NCBI RefSeq assembly: GCF_026151205.1
Contig: NC_087073.1
Coordinates: 19,292,658-19,356,657, forward strand
Length of the DNA: 64,000 nucleotides
Source of the DNA: Bolinopsis microptera
Taxonomy: Eukaryota
Direction: 5' to 3'
Under the pieces are notes generated by a model. It was given only the letters and a program-made list of their open reading frames with translations. It made no database searches and had not been told where the DNA came from. The position numbers were made by a program, and so were the translations under genes. Shown in pieces: positions 23,405-38,400 of this stretch. Positions within the stretch are counted from its first letter, which is position 1; every line of letters begins with the position of its first letter.

Positions 23405-26400
23405 TTACTCCGCAAGTCCAATTTTAACATCACTTGTAGAAATAGTTCCCCCGATGAGACCTTTAGCCGTGTTGAAAAGGTTAAGAGGTGTTGATCCATC
23501 AGTGATGAGGGTAGACTTGAGCCCTAATGCTTCCAACATTTTTACCTGATAATGATATATCACATTGAGGAAGTTATAAGACTGTTACATACTGTTTAGT
23601 GCATACTGAATCAAATTAATAACTCTGCACTTCTCGACGAACTTGCAGAACAGCAGGCCCAACCCTTGAGCTTAAGACGAATAATGTATGACATTTATTC
23701 AGCTATAAGTTACCTGGTTGTCTTTTCCAGAGGTTGCAATAGCAGCAATATTTAATGGTCCCAATTCTTCCACCATACGTTGGAACCTAGTCGACTCTAT
23801 ATCTGCCATCTTCTGTTTCTTGGATATCTCGAGCTCGTTGGTGGACTGAAGGTACTCCAGCTCACTTTTACGGGCTGATGTTATTCTGTGCAGCTCAGCA
23901 CGCTGAAGAATTATACAAGTTAAAAATAGCATTCGCCATATTTACTCCAGTAGCAGGGAGGAGTTGAGTGTGCACTTCGATGTACAGAGTTTTTTGCTGC
24001 TGAATCGGGTTAAATAGGTCATTGGTAACTCAAAAAATCGAGGGCCGCCTGTTGTGTCGCTAGTCCCAACCCTGTGGAGCCACGCCCATATTTCATATCA
24101 GGTGCGTATATGGGAAATATGTATCTCAGCTTCTGAAGGTCTTAGAGACTTAAACTTGAGTTTAAAATGACCGCAATACACATGTTTATGTTGGTACTAT
24201 GAAGGTCATGAAAGCCCAAAATGCTTATTTTTGGAAAAAATTCAGAAAAACCAATTTTCACTTGGGCGCGAGTAAAAAATCTACACTAGAAATTGAGTGA
24301 AAATCGAGTAAGCAGTTCAGTGTCTACCACATTTCTAAACACAGGGTCCTCTGTTAGGTCATTCTTAATCAGAATTGATAAAGTAAGCAAATTTTATTAG
24401 TAGTTTCAACCCTGTGGAGCCACGCCCATATTTCATATTATGTGTGAATATCGGAAATTTGTATCTCAGCTTCTGAAGGTCTTAGAGACTCAAAGGTGGG
24501 CTTAAAATGACCGCAATGTACATGTTTATATTGGCACTATGAGGGTCATGAAGGCCCAGAATGCTTATTTTTTGGAAAAATTCAGTAAAACCGATTTTCA
24601 AGTTTGCGACACTTGGGCATGAGTAAAAATCGACGCTTAGAAGTTAAGTGAAATCGAGTATGAAGTTCAGTGTCTGCAACGTTTCTAAACACAGGATCCT
24701 TTGTAAGGTCATTCTGAATCAGAATTGATAAGGTACAAAAATTCTATGAGTAGTTTCAACCCTAGGGAGCAAAACTCCTAAATTACCCCCAGGCGCAAAT
24801 ATATGACTTTTCTATCTCGGCTTCTGAACGTTGTAGGGGCCTCTCTTTGAGCTCAAACTAACCACGATGGCCACATTTATATACCAACTGTAAAGAAACA
24901 TAGGGTTTATACTTTATAGTGCTTAGTTTTTAAAAACTCATTTAAAAACTGTTTTAACCTTCATGCATCATAAAATAGTAACATCAAACATGTACTTAAT
25001 TATGGTATCTCGGGCTAAAAAAGTCTTATAGACATTTCCAGCACAGTAAAACGTTCAACATGAACACATTCGGATAACATTTATGGAGAAGCACATAGGT
25101 ACCACCTAACTTTAATTTTGGTATAACTGCGAAAATACTCAGTTTCAGAAGCTCCTTCCAGCTATCTTAGGCTGCCATCAGCTCCCTCTCTGGGACTCTC
25201 TCCAGTACTGCTTGGCTATTATGGCTAATCAACTTGAATCCAACCTCATGTAGTAGAATCTACTTCTAGTTACCTTCTGCTAAGTCCATGTCAACTCTAC
25301 CCAGCTACCACCACCAATATGTTATAATTTTAGATCTTTCTAGCAACTTCTGATATGAGTGCTACCTCTTCCTCTATCCAGCTACTATACCACCAGATGG
25401 CAGAAACCACCAATTCCAGCTGTCTCCACCTACTTCGGCTACCTCTATTTAGCTACCACCAAGGTTCCTCCAACTTCTGCTATTTCTAGCAACTTTAGCT
25501 TAGGGTAGTGGGCCTGGGCTACTTCTTGCCCTGTCTAGCAACCATCAGCAACATTTTATTCTGGCGTTTAGAGGTTGCTAGAAACAGCAAATTTCCTCTT
25601 CCTTAATGAGCTAGAAATTGTTGGATGCAGCAGAGGTTATACAGCACTCATATCAGAGGTTGCTAGAAAGATCTAAAATTATAACATATTGGTGGTGGTA
25701 GCTGGGTAGAGTTGACATGGACTTAGCAGAAGGTAACTAGAAGTAGATTCTACTACATGAGGTTGGATTCAAGTTGATTAGCCATAATAGCCAAGCAGTA
25801 CTGGAGAGAGTCCCAGAGAGGGAGCTGATGGCAGCCTAAGATAGCTGGAAGGAGCTTCTGAAACTGAGTATTTTCGCAGTTATACCAAAATTAAAGTTAG
25901 GTGGTACCTATGTGCTTCTCCATAAATGTTATCCGAATGTGTTCATGTTGAACGTTTTACTGTGCTGGAAATGTCTATAAGACTTTTTTAGCCCGAGATA
26001 CCATAATTAAGTACATGTTTGATGTTACTATTTTATGATGCATGAAGGTTAAAACAGTTTTTAAATGAGTTTTTAAAAACTAAGCACTATAGAGTATAGA
26101 CCCTATGTTTCTTTACAGTTGGTATATAAATGTGGCCATCGTAGTTAGTTTGAGCTCAAAGAGAGGCCCCTACAACGTTCAGAAGCCGAGATAGAAAAGT
26201 CATATATTTGCGCCTGGGGGTAATTTAGGAGTTTTGCTCCCTAGGGTTGAAACTACTCATAGAATTTTTGTACCTTATCAATTCTGATTCAGAATGACCT
26301 TACAAAGGATCCTGTGTTTAGAAACGTTGCAGACACTGAACTTCATACTCGATTTCACTTAACTTCTAAGCGTCGATTTTTACTCACGCCCAAGTGTCGC

Positions 26401-29400
26401 AAACTTGAAAATCGGTTTTACTGAATTTTTCCAAAAAATAAGCATTCTGGGCCTTCATGACCCTCATAGTGCCAATATAAACATGTACATTGCGGTCATT
26501 TTAAGCCCACCTTTGAGTCTCTAAGACCTTCAGAAGCTGAGATACAAATTTCCGATATTCACACATAATATGAAATATGGGCGTGGCTCCACAGGGTTGA
26601 AACTACTAATAAAATTTGCTTACTTTATCAATTCTGATTAATAATGACCTAACAGAGGACCCTGTGTTTAGAAATGTGGTAGACACTGAACTGCTTACTC
26701 GATTTTCACTCAATTTCTAGTGTAGATTTTTTACTCGCGCCCAAGTGAAAATTGGTTTTTCTGAATTTTTTCCAAAAATAAGCATTTTGGGCTTTCATGA
26801 CCTTCATAGTACCAACATAAACATGTGTATTGCGGTCATTTTAAACTCAAGTTTAAGTCTCTAAGACCTTCAGAAGCTGAGATACATATTTCCCATATAC
26901 GCACCTGATATGAAATATGGGCGTGGCTCCACAGGGTTGGGACTAGCGACACAACAGGCGGCCCTCGATTTTTTGAGTTACCAATGACCTATTTAACCCG
27001 ATTCAGCAGCAAAAAACTCTGTACATCGAAGTGCACACTCAACTCCTCCCTGCTACTGGAGTAATTCAATTCAAATACATACATCCATTGATTTAAGGGA
27101 TACTTGAAGGATATGTTCCTATATATCCTTTATTTCGATGCTACATATTTGTTGGGTAAAACTGTAAGATAAACAGTTAGGATTTAAACTTACAGCGTTG
27201 ATGTTTTGGGCTTCAGCTGCAAGTTTGGCCTGATCCACCGCAGCTTCGCCCTCTATTTTCATTGACTCAGCCCGGGACTGAGCCTCTGCTATTGCTTGTC
27301 CGGTACTCTCAACGGCGGCTGAGCTGTTTAGAGGAAACCATTATTGTTAGGATAATCATGGTGATACAGTATCAACTATCAATTAGTATTGAAAAGTAGA
27401 TACATTGCTAGTAAATGTAAATGATGGTAATCTTTGTTTCAGCCCTACATTGCTTGAAGTTCAAGTAGTTCCAAGCGAGATTTCTCTTCTTCAGCCTCAT
27501 CACTAAGTTTCTGTCGTTCTAATCTACCCATCGCCTCCTGGTCCAGTCTTTCTGCTTCATGCCTGAAATATGCCTACTATATACCACAACTAAAACCTAG
27601 ACAATAACCTAAAACCAGTATTAGAGTAAGAGAAAAGGTGGTTAAAGGTTTCCCGTATTCATGATAATTTAATAATCTTAACCAATGCACTACACATAGA
27701 GATTTATTATACGATATTCGTATACTTAATCTTAGTCGATGGCTTTGTAGTTTGTATATTTGGGTAGTAGAATGAAGAGTTCGGAGAAGGACTTCGAAGT
27801 GAGGAAAGCTAAGGCATGGGGAGCGTGTCACCAGATGAAGCTTGTATGGAAGTCGGATATGCGTAGAGATCTCAAGATACGACTGTTCCTGGCTACAGTC
27901 GAGTCCATCCTTCTATATGGCTCTGAAACATGGACTGTCAGCCAGACCCTCACAAAACGTATTGATGGATGTTATACGAGAATGCTGAGGATGGCACTTA
28001 ACATTGACTGGAAAGAGCGGCAGACTAACGCCAAGGTGTATGGACACCTCATCAGAGCATCTGATAAGATAGCTGCACGGAGGATGAGACTCGCAGGCCA
28101 TTTAGCCAGACATGAAGAACTATTGAGTCATCAACTTCTCTTCTGGGAACCCCTTCAAGGACATCGTTGAAGGGGAAGACCACACCTCACATTTATTGAC
28201 ATCCTTCGGAAGTACACGGGGCTTGACGACAGCAAGGAGACTAACAAACTCATGATAGACAGATTTGGAAGAAAACTATCTCTGTTCGGACATTGAAGCC
28301 GCCCTAAGTCGAGTAAGTCGATACTTAATCTATACTTTAACCACTTTTTAACGAAAATTGCACTGCTAAGGAATACAGATAAATAACCTGAAGCACCAAC
28401 CTAGCTGTGGCTTCCTGGGAGTTGGTTGTTATCTCAATGGCAAGTTGTACCGACTTCATGAGAGAGTCCCTTGTTCGCTGATCTACCGGCTCTACCGACT
28501 GTATGTCAATATTTGTGATCCTCAGACGGTTTGCAGGGAAGTGGAGGGAGTCATGGCTACCCAGGATGGATTCGTTTATTATTCGTGCAGAATGCTGAAA
28601 ATAACGTGGCGTTACCCTTACGCTTGGGGAAATAGAATATCTCAAAAATTTGAAACTTCACGATCAACTGCCTTGGAGAGATGAAATCCTGCTATTGATA
28701 GATGAGCACGATTCAACAGTTTACGGTATCAAAAAATTTACTTCGCCCTATCAAAATCATTCACCCTATTAAAACCAGAGTGCATTGTTCATACTACTCA
28801 CCTTATGAAAGTCATCAAAAGGTACAGCTGCAACAGCTCCTCTAATCTTGGAAGCTATGGATTTACAAGCGTCTCCGACAAAGTCCGGCACTGAGAACAG
28901 TGATTCCGAGTCACATTTGTAAGTAGGGGAATCACTTGCTGGTAACTCAAATTGCCTGTATGAGGATGAGTACAAAAGATTGTGGAGTACAGATTCGCCG
29001 TTTAGTAATGAGAGTGGTTTGAATAAATGCCATGCGTATTCAATATTATCAATCTATGACATTAATTGTACAACAATCGGGTATTCCAGATCAATTATCA
29101 TATTGAAAAAGTCATTTCACAGATATAATCTATGTTGTATCATTGATCATCCAGTGGGATAGTTGTTTGATTACTTAAAATAATCTGACTCCTACCAATT
29201 GTAACAGAGCTGCAATGAAAGTCTGGCATGATCAGAAGTCTCCACAGTAAATACATCCGTCATAAAGTCTGGTCCGAGTGAGAGGTCGAGGGTCCTGACA
29301 ACATTGGGTCGTTTTGGCTGGCCTCCAGATAAACTGAGTTGCGTGAAATGTTCGTCCGGTCCCAGCATGACTAAGTCAGGTCCAAATATCACCCTGAAAT

Positions 29401-32400
29401 GTACAGTTTAGTTGCATCTGATGGCTTAATCTAATATCCTTAATACAATACAGAAATACCACTCACTTCTGAGTTCTGAGAGGCCGTGAATTAAAATGTG
29501 GGTACAAAATTAAATTAAATTATGTACCTTAATTCCCAAAAATTTGGGCGACCAAAAATTTGAGCGGGCCTCTCGCCCAAATTTGTTGCAGACCAAATTT
29601 ATTGCATAAATCTTTTCCGTCTGCTAAATTTTTTGCTAACCAAACTTTTGGCATTTGGCCTGTGGCCCTGAAATCTATAGAAAGATGGCTTTTTCTTCAT
29701 ATCCAAGTGAAATAATATTTGAAATTTTAGTTTTCTAATCTGTCATTCATGGCTTGACCAAGTAAAAGGTTTATATTTTAAATGAATAGAAATAACTGGA
29801 ATAGCTAACAGCTACTAATAAAACAAATGGCTAGAGGTACAGATAGCTAGAGATTTAAACAAGATCTGCAAATGGATTATCATCCACCGTAAAGTCTGAT
29901 CTACAAGCATCAGTTATACCCGATTTCTCAAAGCCTTTCCTTATGTCATCTGGCCTCCCTTTTAAATAAACAAAAAGTTCGTTGATCCAACGAGCGTGTA
30001 CATCACGGATCACTGTCAAGCGGGTATCAATTTTCACATTGTCTGATGAAACTCCTCCATTGAGCTGACACACTATGTTTTTCGCGTACCAATCTTCGTA
30101 CTTATTGTGCATGACTTTCTTAGCCAGTCCATTGATAGATATGTCCAGGGGCTAAAGAGAGACTAAATATCACTATTGTATATCTATCATTTTGTACTGT
30201 GCCATCATCACTGTATTTTTTAGTAGTTACTGGGTAACTGGGCAGATCGTAAATTTCATAATGTGAAACAACTCAGACTACCACCTACATGCTTAAAATT
30301 GAAAGCAAAATGACTGGAATAATAAGGAATAATAATGAACTAAGGCAAATATCTAACTAAAATTTTAGTGGAAAATCGTTCATTTTTCGAAGAATTTGTG
30401 CCCAAATTTTCGGTCGCCCAAATGAGTTCAAATTTTCTGCCCAAATTTTTCGGGCTCAAATAAATTGTGCTCAATATAATGGCACACAAATTTTTGGGAA
30501 CTGTTTGTTTGTTTGTTTGTTTATAGAACCCGTCCCCAATCTCGTATCGGAAAATGACTAAACTCAGGTCTGAGTGTGAATACGGGTGGTACCTGCAAGA
30601 GTGTTCATTAAGCATTTAGAGTTCTGTAAAACTGCAGTTACAATTGTGCTAGAGTATTTTTAGTATATACGATTGGTATCAGATATGTATCCCTACATGC
30701 TTCCAAAATTTGTAAAGCCGTAGTACATACATATCACATTACACCGGAGCCTACACAGTGCAATCTCCTCCAGTCGATCTGCGCCGCATATGTTTATATA
30801 ATTATAAGCGCGCGGCGCAGACTGGAGGAAACCACACTCTGCAAGTTCGATCCAGTGCAATGCTACATGTACGTACTACGGCTTCATCTCCAACTTTCTG
30901 CACAATGTACTGGAATGTTTTGAAAGAAAAGAAAGAACAAAAAAAAGTGATATATATAAACAAAATCAGCGATTTAATGTTAGCCTTAGGAGGGTAACTT
31001 TAATTCCCTGGTTTCTAAAATCAGCTTTTTAAAAAAAAATAATAAAGTATGTAACGTCGATACCAAACCGATTATTGAGCGATAATAACTGAGTAGTTGA
31101 TTCCTGGGTTGCGGAGTCATTCAGATGTTCCAGTTTTCGAATGTGATTCTTGTTCAGTTCTTGACCAGAAGTGTCTAATGAAGTAAGTCAGACAAGCAAA
31201 CTCTTCCTTAAATGCTGATATAAGTCGTCTCAATCCCAGAAATTATGAAGATGACCCAGTGTAAAAGTGCAGAAATCGGCCGAAAATAACAAAGACTAAA
31301 AACAGTTAAAAAGTGACAGGATTCAAACACAAGGAAAATTAATAACTTAGAGCGTAATAAGGAATATCTCCAAACGGAGTTTTCTGAGAGGGTGAGAGGT
31401 TCTTTAATTAGAGCTAAATTTTAAGATAATCATTTTTGGGAACTAAGGTACACCGAATAATTAAATTTATAATTAATAACATTCGTCGCGTCGCGCGAAA
31501 TGTATTACTCAAAATGAGATAGGATTAGCGCGTTCCGTAAAGTTATTTGGTGCGCGTTAAATTAGGCTTAGAACGAGCAAGCAAGGCCAGGATGTATATT
31601 TCATCGAGTCAGAAATGTGCAATTTACATGTGCGTGTGTGTGTCACACAATCCCAAGCTTCTCTTTCGCTAGTGATTATTACCCACAGAAACATGAAAAC
31701 AGCACTGTGTGAGTGGACACCATGGCATGGTGACCATGATGATGACGATAAGGACAGATCATTATCGTGCACTTGTACTTGCTTGACTATACTGTGGAGT
31801 GAGTGTGGCTAGCTCCACATTATCGCTATTGTTCAACGTTGTGATTCTTGTCGACTGGAGAGAGGCAATGCGCGCTGCCGATGTAAGAGAGAATGTACCA
31901 TCTTGTCGTATAAGATATCAGTTTCATAACGGGGCGGGTATCACTGCGTGGTTACGTGTATACACGTGACACAACACGTGACCAGATCTACGAGTGTCTT
32001 ATTGAATATCATGCTGGCTGCTGCATATTATCATCCTCATTCTGGGCTCCATAATCATTGTTAGAGTGATCCTGTTCCCTTTCTTAGTCGCTGTGTTCTG
32101 CTGTGTAGTGTACTGAATTGTCATGAGTTGTTCAGTTTATCACCTGTTTTCTGTAGAGACATTAGTCATTACACACAGTTTGATATTCGTTTCATTATCA
32201 AAATAAGGAAATGAACTTAAATCAACTTCCGTCTACATCAGGAGGACAGAGAAAACCACACGGTGCGTACTTTGTAAAGTGTACCGTTAAACATACACTG
32301 ATTTATGTCTGTACTACTTACTCCTTGGAAGAAGGATCAAGAGGGCTTGCTTTGATCTCGATACATTTCTACGTAGTTACTTTTACTTTGGGCGATCATC

Positions 32401-35400
32401 AGTCAACCATCGACTTTTACTTCTTATCGATCGTGCCGCAAAACCAATCAGTTGTAATAGTTCTAGATAACTTTACGTGGTATATTCAAATACCCAGCCA
32501 TTGATAATATATCACCCTACTAATTTCAGAAGAGCGGAGAATACAGTGGTTACTAGCAGCAGGAAAAGATATCCTCGCTAACTATTCTCCATCTAACAAG
32601 ATAAGCCCTGTAATGATACCTCCTGTCCCTAACTTGTCCCCCTACATTGACAGATATCAAGAGGGAGCTGAGTTGAGCAGCAACAACAAGTCAAATCAGC
32701 AGAGGCAGCGGGATTATGAGGCCGAGGTTGTGGTTTATAGGGCACTGGAGGGACTGAGGGGGAATGATGTAGTAGTTCTCCACAGTTTGAAGTATACTCA
32801 TGGTGATTATAAGTTAATAAGTTGTTTTGATCTACCGAGGCTTATTGAAACTATCAGCTTATTGCACCAGTATCATGTGTTTGTGGATGATGTTCACAGT
32901 GAAATGTGGATGAACAGGGTGCAAGAGTACAGCGACTTGATTGAAACTTTGAAAAATTTATCTGCTAATAAAACTGTTTGGTTAGCATGTGATCGGATAC
33001 AGGGAAATGGTGCATGTAAACTAGGAATCAATACGAAAAAGTTTGATTCAGAGAGATCAGCTGTTTTTCACGCTCTTCTGCCCACACAAAGCCCCGGTCA
33101 TTTTATTCATGGACCAAGAACGGTGTTTCATGTTTTAAATCACTGGAAAATGAAATTGCAGTTCTTTATCCCACCCTGAAAAATACATTCAAATCGGCGA
33201 TTAAGGACATGCTAAGTGATTTGTCTACCAATTCTGAAACAGAGATCGCATTTTGTTCGATAGGGAAGAGTAACTCTGCTGAATGGCCAACGGTTCTCAT
33301 CCTCCACAAACTGTTCCGTGACTATGAAATGCAGCTGAGTTTGCTTTATCAGGCAATTTCCAGAGCTAGGGTGTACTGTTCAGTCATATTGTATCCAGAA
33401 GAGGGTATAACTATACAAGATTCCAGATCTTTCGAACAATTCAAGAGTGTTTAAATCAAAAATCTAGATGTCAAAACCTACATGAATTTAAAAGAAATAT
33501 TGCTGTTCTTGTAAGTACAAGACTTCTCGACCGCATTTGGTGAACTTTGTACGGAAATAATTTATTAAAACTTGTACACAATTATCTGCTCTTTAGTTAA
33601 TCAAAAGTTTTGATTCAAAACTGTTAGGTAAGCATGTGACACTATGTATTAATTTACCGTATTAATCATTATTATAATCTGAAATCTTCATGTTTTACAG
33701 TGCTAACAGTTGGATAATGCCATACCTCACGTACCAGAATTTAGGGCGGATCTTTGGACACAGATAAGCCTACAAATAAATGTCTTTAATTCTTTCATCC
33801 GCCTAATGTAAAGAACGGGATTCAAAGCTGCATTCAATACCACAAAAAACATGTTAGATATGCAAAGCCAATAATATGACATGAATCCGTTGGAGTTGAA
33901 AATAAGTTCAGGATTTTTGTAAATCTTTACAGTTATGACAAACATGAGACCATTAATGAAAGCCGGCAAATTACACACCAGGAACAGCAAAGTAAAGTAA
34001 AATATCGTCATTGATGCTTGGAATTTTTTGTCTGAGGACACCATGCTAATACCGGTCTGGCCTTGTGATTGTCACTACAAATGAAACACTTATCAAAAGG
34101 GGAGGAATACCAGTGGTACACCAGTAGTTTATATCATACACTAGACCGACTAGAGCATCATCAGATCGTAATATACAGAATGGGTTAAGTTTTGTATGGA
34201 ATGTTGGTTTGTTTAGAAAGACTATATTCAACCTCCCTGCGTTAATATTATAACGAATGCTGAAACATTGCGAGACAACCGCTTGCAGCTTAGAAATTAC
34301 GTCACATGTATGTAACTGACCCCTAGTGAAGTCACAGGTGATATTTACTTATCACATATTTATTTGAATCGGAACTGTATCGTCGTCAAGTTTTACAGGA
34401 AGGAACAACAGAAACCAGACGGATTGGAACCAGCTTTGTTTACTGGTTAATGTTTACTCAAGTATTTATACATACAATTATATAGAATAGTTATATACCT
34501 AAATCTGCTAATATAAAACCATAATAACTCTAAAAATATACACTTCACAAAATTATGGACCTGGAAGTAAGACTAAATACTTCAGAGCTTAATACACAAA
34601 TCAAAACAAAATTCTAGAAGACCGACGGTCTTGTGTTGAAAGACGAATGTGATTTAGAAGCTTATCAAAAAATTAAAATCTTAGCGAGCCACGAATCCAA
34701 AAATCCAAACAAAACTCTGTCTTAACACATTTCAAACAACAGTTTTGTCAACACTACACACTTTGCCTCCTTTAATGAAGTGTCTCTTATCTGGCTCGTC
34801 GTTTGATCTCTTCTTGAGTTCTAAAACAAGCTTTTGCTGTTCGGCACGTTCCTCTGGAGACCTATCCGGACTGATGAATACTTTACCGAAATGCTCCGAG
34901 CTACGGAGATTCCTTGCTCTAGTCAAAATCTGCTGCACGATTGTGGAGCTCGTCAAAGTCACCTTAACAGGTCTATCAGCCACCTGTTTCTTATCCTTGG
35001 ATTTTATCAAACCAATTCTGCTAGCTTCTATTTTTGGCTTTTCACCAAGTTCCAACAACACTTGACCGACCCTGTCACATAACAGCTCACCTTTCTCTTC
35101 TTTAAGACCAAACAACATCAGATTCCGACTTCGGTCTCCTTCTGCTACAACATCCTTAATGACATTCTTCAAGATGTTTCTATCCGAATCCAACAATGGA
35201 CCTGCTGTTGAGGTTTTTGATTCCTTTACCGCGGCGCTGTATGTCTTTAACTCGGATTTCACAGTATTCTCAACTGATGCTACAACCTCAGATTTCAAGT
35301 AATCAAGCTGCTCGTCTTTGGCAGCTAGCAGCTCTTTCTGCAATACAACTATTTTCCCCTGGCTGTCAATTACATCGGAGTGCAATTTCTGGTTATACTT

Positions 35401-38400
35401 CTCCAGCTGATCAATGTACAATGATTGCCTATACATAATTTTTAACGCAGAATTGAGACTCTGAGCCATGACTTCCCTAGTGATTTCTCTTCTACCAATG
35501 AAAGCCTGGGCTACACACGCGTTAACATGACTTGATTTAACAAGCGCGAGAGTTTTCCGGATCCATTCAGCTCCATCATCTCTCACTTCATCAAGCTTAT
35601 AACCCACGTATTTCTCAGATTTATACATCGCACAACCACGGCACCGGTTAAACAAGCAAGTCTTATCAACGTAATGATAAGTAACTGATAAGCGAGTAAC
35701 AACGTATTGAAAAGTGTATTTACTGAACTGAAAAGAATCACAAATTATCAAAACTATCGCTGTTTAGTTCGTATGAGAGTGAACTTTCGAAAACAAAGCA
35801 TGGAAATTCTAAAACAATAGCATTAGCCATGTACACATGAAAAAGACGTATCTCGAGGCGACCCGCCTCGAGATACGTCGTTTTCATGTACTGTTCAGGA
35901 CTAGTGACTACCATCAATCTTAAGATTTCGCACTTGTTTATCTTGGGGCGACTGCGGCTGCAAACCATCACTACTGACTTGTTCATTTCATTCAAACGCT
36001 CAACACAACTCTTCTTCAAAACAATAGCATTATTTCAGATCCCCAGAAATTTAAGTCTTGGGTTACCTGACCAGTATGGATTTATACTTTTATTCACAAA
36101 GTGCTCACTGCTCAAGTGCTAAGTCTCTATAGACGGCAACCAATGAAGTGATTGAGATGTCAGATGACACTCACTTGGAGGTTGAAAGTACAAGCTAATG
36201 CACTTGAAGACTGGTTTAAACCTCATAGAACAGACTAGTATCTTTGTTTAGAAGAAGTTTGATTGTATACTATAAGTGCACATCAACACCTGCAACCAGT
36301 GGTGAAAGAAGAGAAAAAGTTCTGATGTAAATTAATTGGGTACTTAGCTAATTTGAGGTTCGAAGGCCGAAGCTATACTTTTTATCTCAATCTCAACACT
36401 TATTTTACTTCGGACATTCCAACAGCCACATTGTTACACAAGTGTGTAACCAGCCAATTACAGGAAGCCGAAGGATTCAATTATACATTAGGCCAGTGAC
36501 GGTTAAGGTAGTGTGTACCATACTTTCTTCGCCCGAGACTTTGCTGCAATGGGCAGCTCCTCATTTAACCCTCACACCCGATTTCTCGAGTATTTGGCTG
36601 ATTGGACCGGGGGGCTGCATAGACCACTCAGGATCCTTAGCTGAGCGTCGACGACGCTCACCCCACGGCTAGTGACAGAGTCGGGAATCGAACCTGGTAC
36701 CTCAAGCAATACCAGGCGGATTAACCAACTGAGCCACTAAGCCGTAAAATAATAATATATATTATATAATACTTACTAATATAATTATTACTTTTGTTAG
36801 CAAGCATAACACGTATATATGTATATATATTATAATGATATTTGGTGTTCTATAATCTCACCTAGAAACTTTACTCTTGTAGTCGAACACTTGAACAGCA
36901 GAGTTGTGGGGGACCTGATAAGCGATAACTCTCGTCTTATCCCTCGGTTTCGTGGTCACCTCTTTGCTTTCACCACCACGGAGTTTCTCTCTCCCAACCA
37001 GCGGGTTCTGAGCAGCTGCTAGAAGCTTCTCTATCTGCTCCGGCAACTCTTTGGAGTACAGTTCCTCGTCTTGGTTGTTAATGTACGTCTCTCCGATAAC
37101 TGCACGAACCTGGAATGTCGTATATCGTTTAAAAAACATTTTGAAATTTAAATCAAGGGTTAAATGTTTCCCTAAAGTTCACGTCATCGCAAACAGAAAG
37201 ACTGAAAGGTGAAATAGCAGTAGTTCTGAATCAAAATCTCACCTTTCCAGTCTTAACATTTCTAATATAAACACCCTCATTTTCATCCAATGGCATGGCT
37301 TTTCTTCTGGAGACAATCTCCATCTCGACTGTAGGGCAAAAGTCTTGTGGTCCTTTCACCATCCATCTGTCTCCTGGGGTTCTTTGGACATCCTGTAATA
37401 AAAATACCAGTCCTATTGTGTTTATAAATTTATTGATTTTATACTTTACAAATATCTGGGTGTAGTGTTCTATTTTTTTCTCTGATATTTTACAAGACGG
37501 AGTCAATTTCAACATTTCTGTAACTGCCACAATATAGGTTTTATAAATCATAGTCAAAACATGAAGTGTTTGTAAGTTATTTAAATTCTTACGCCATCTG
37601 TGAATGGAAGAATAGCCCTGAGAACAACAGCCTCATCCTCTAGAAGAATACAGATATCCTGCACTTTCCCACTTTCTAACGTTTCGCCTGGATGCAAGAA
37701 AAACTCCTTTTCTCCCTGAAATAAAATTGGTCAAACCTCGTCGGATATAACAACCATTCGATAATTCAACATACTCCACCTAAATTCCGATGCAGAAACT
37801 GCTGTTATCGTCTGAATGATAAGGTTTTAGGAAATATTATACAGATGTTTGATAGGAAATTCCTTACCCTGACGAGTTTCTTGCTTCCAAACTGGTTTTT
37901 ACCATCAGCCCCGATTGGATCTAGAATAATACAGAACTGTCTGTTAGTAAGTATGGTTACTGACACTGATTCTTTTACTTCTTCATACACGTCAGGAATA
38001 AACGACTCAGCATCCTGTAATTTTAGTTATGTATGAATTGTCATCGGCTTTAAGTTTCCAATACATACAGCACAATCAAGGTTGAAATGTACAAATTTGA
38101 TGGTATGCTTATGATTCAGCTATCGATACCATATTGTAATATCTAAGCAAACTACTAAAAGTTTGATTACTTTGATAGTTTACCTTTTCAGTGACCAGCC
38201 ACTCCTCTCCAGCCCTTCTCTTCTTCCTGAATCTATCAGTAAAAGTCTGCTTAGCCACAACATGGAGAGCCAGCTTGTTGTTGAGTTGGTGTGCTGTCAG
38301 AGTGCCAACTATTTTCTCGTGAGGTCCCGGCAGATATGCTCCTGGTTTGCTGACCAACCATACTTCTCCGTACACCCTGCTCTTACCTTCCCTATCCTGT

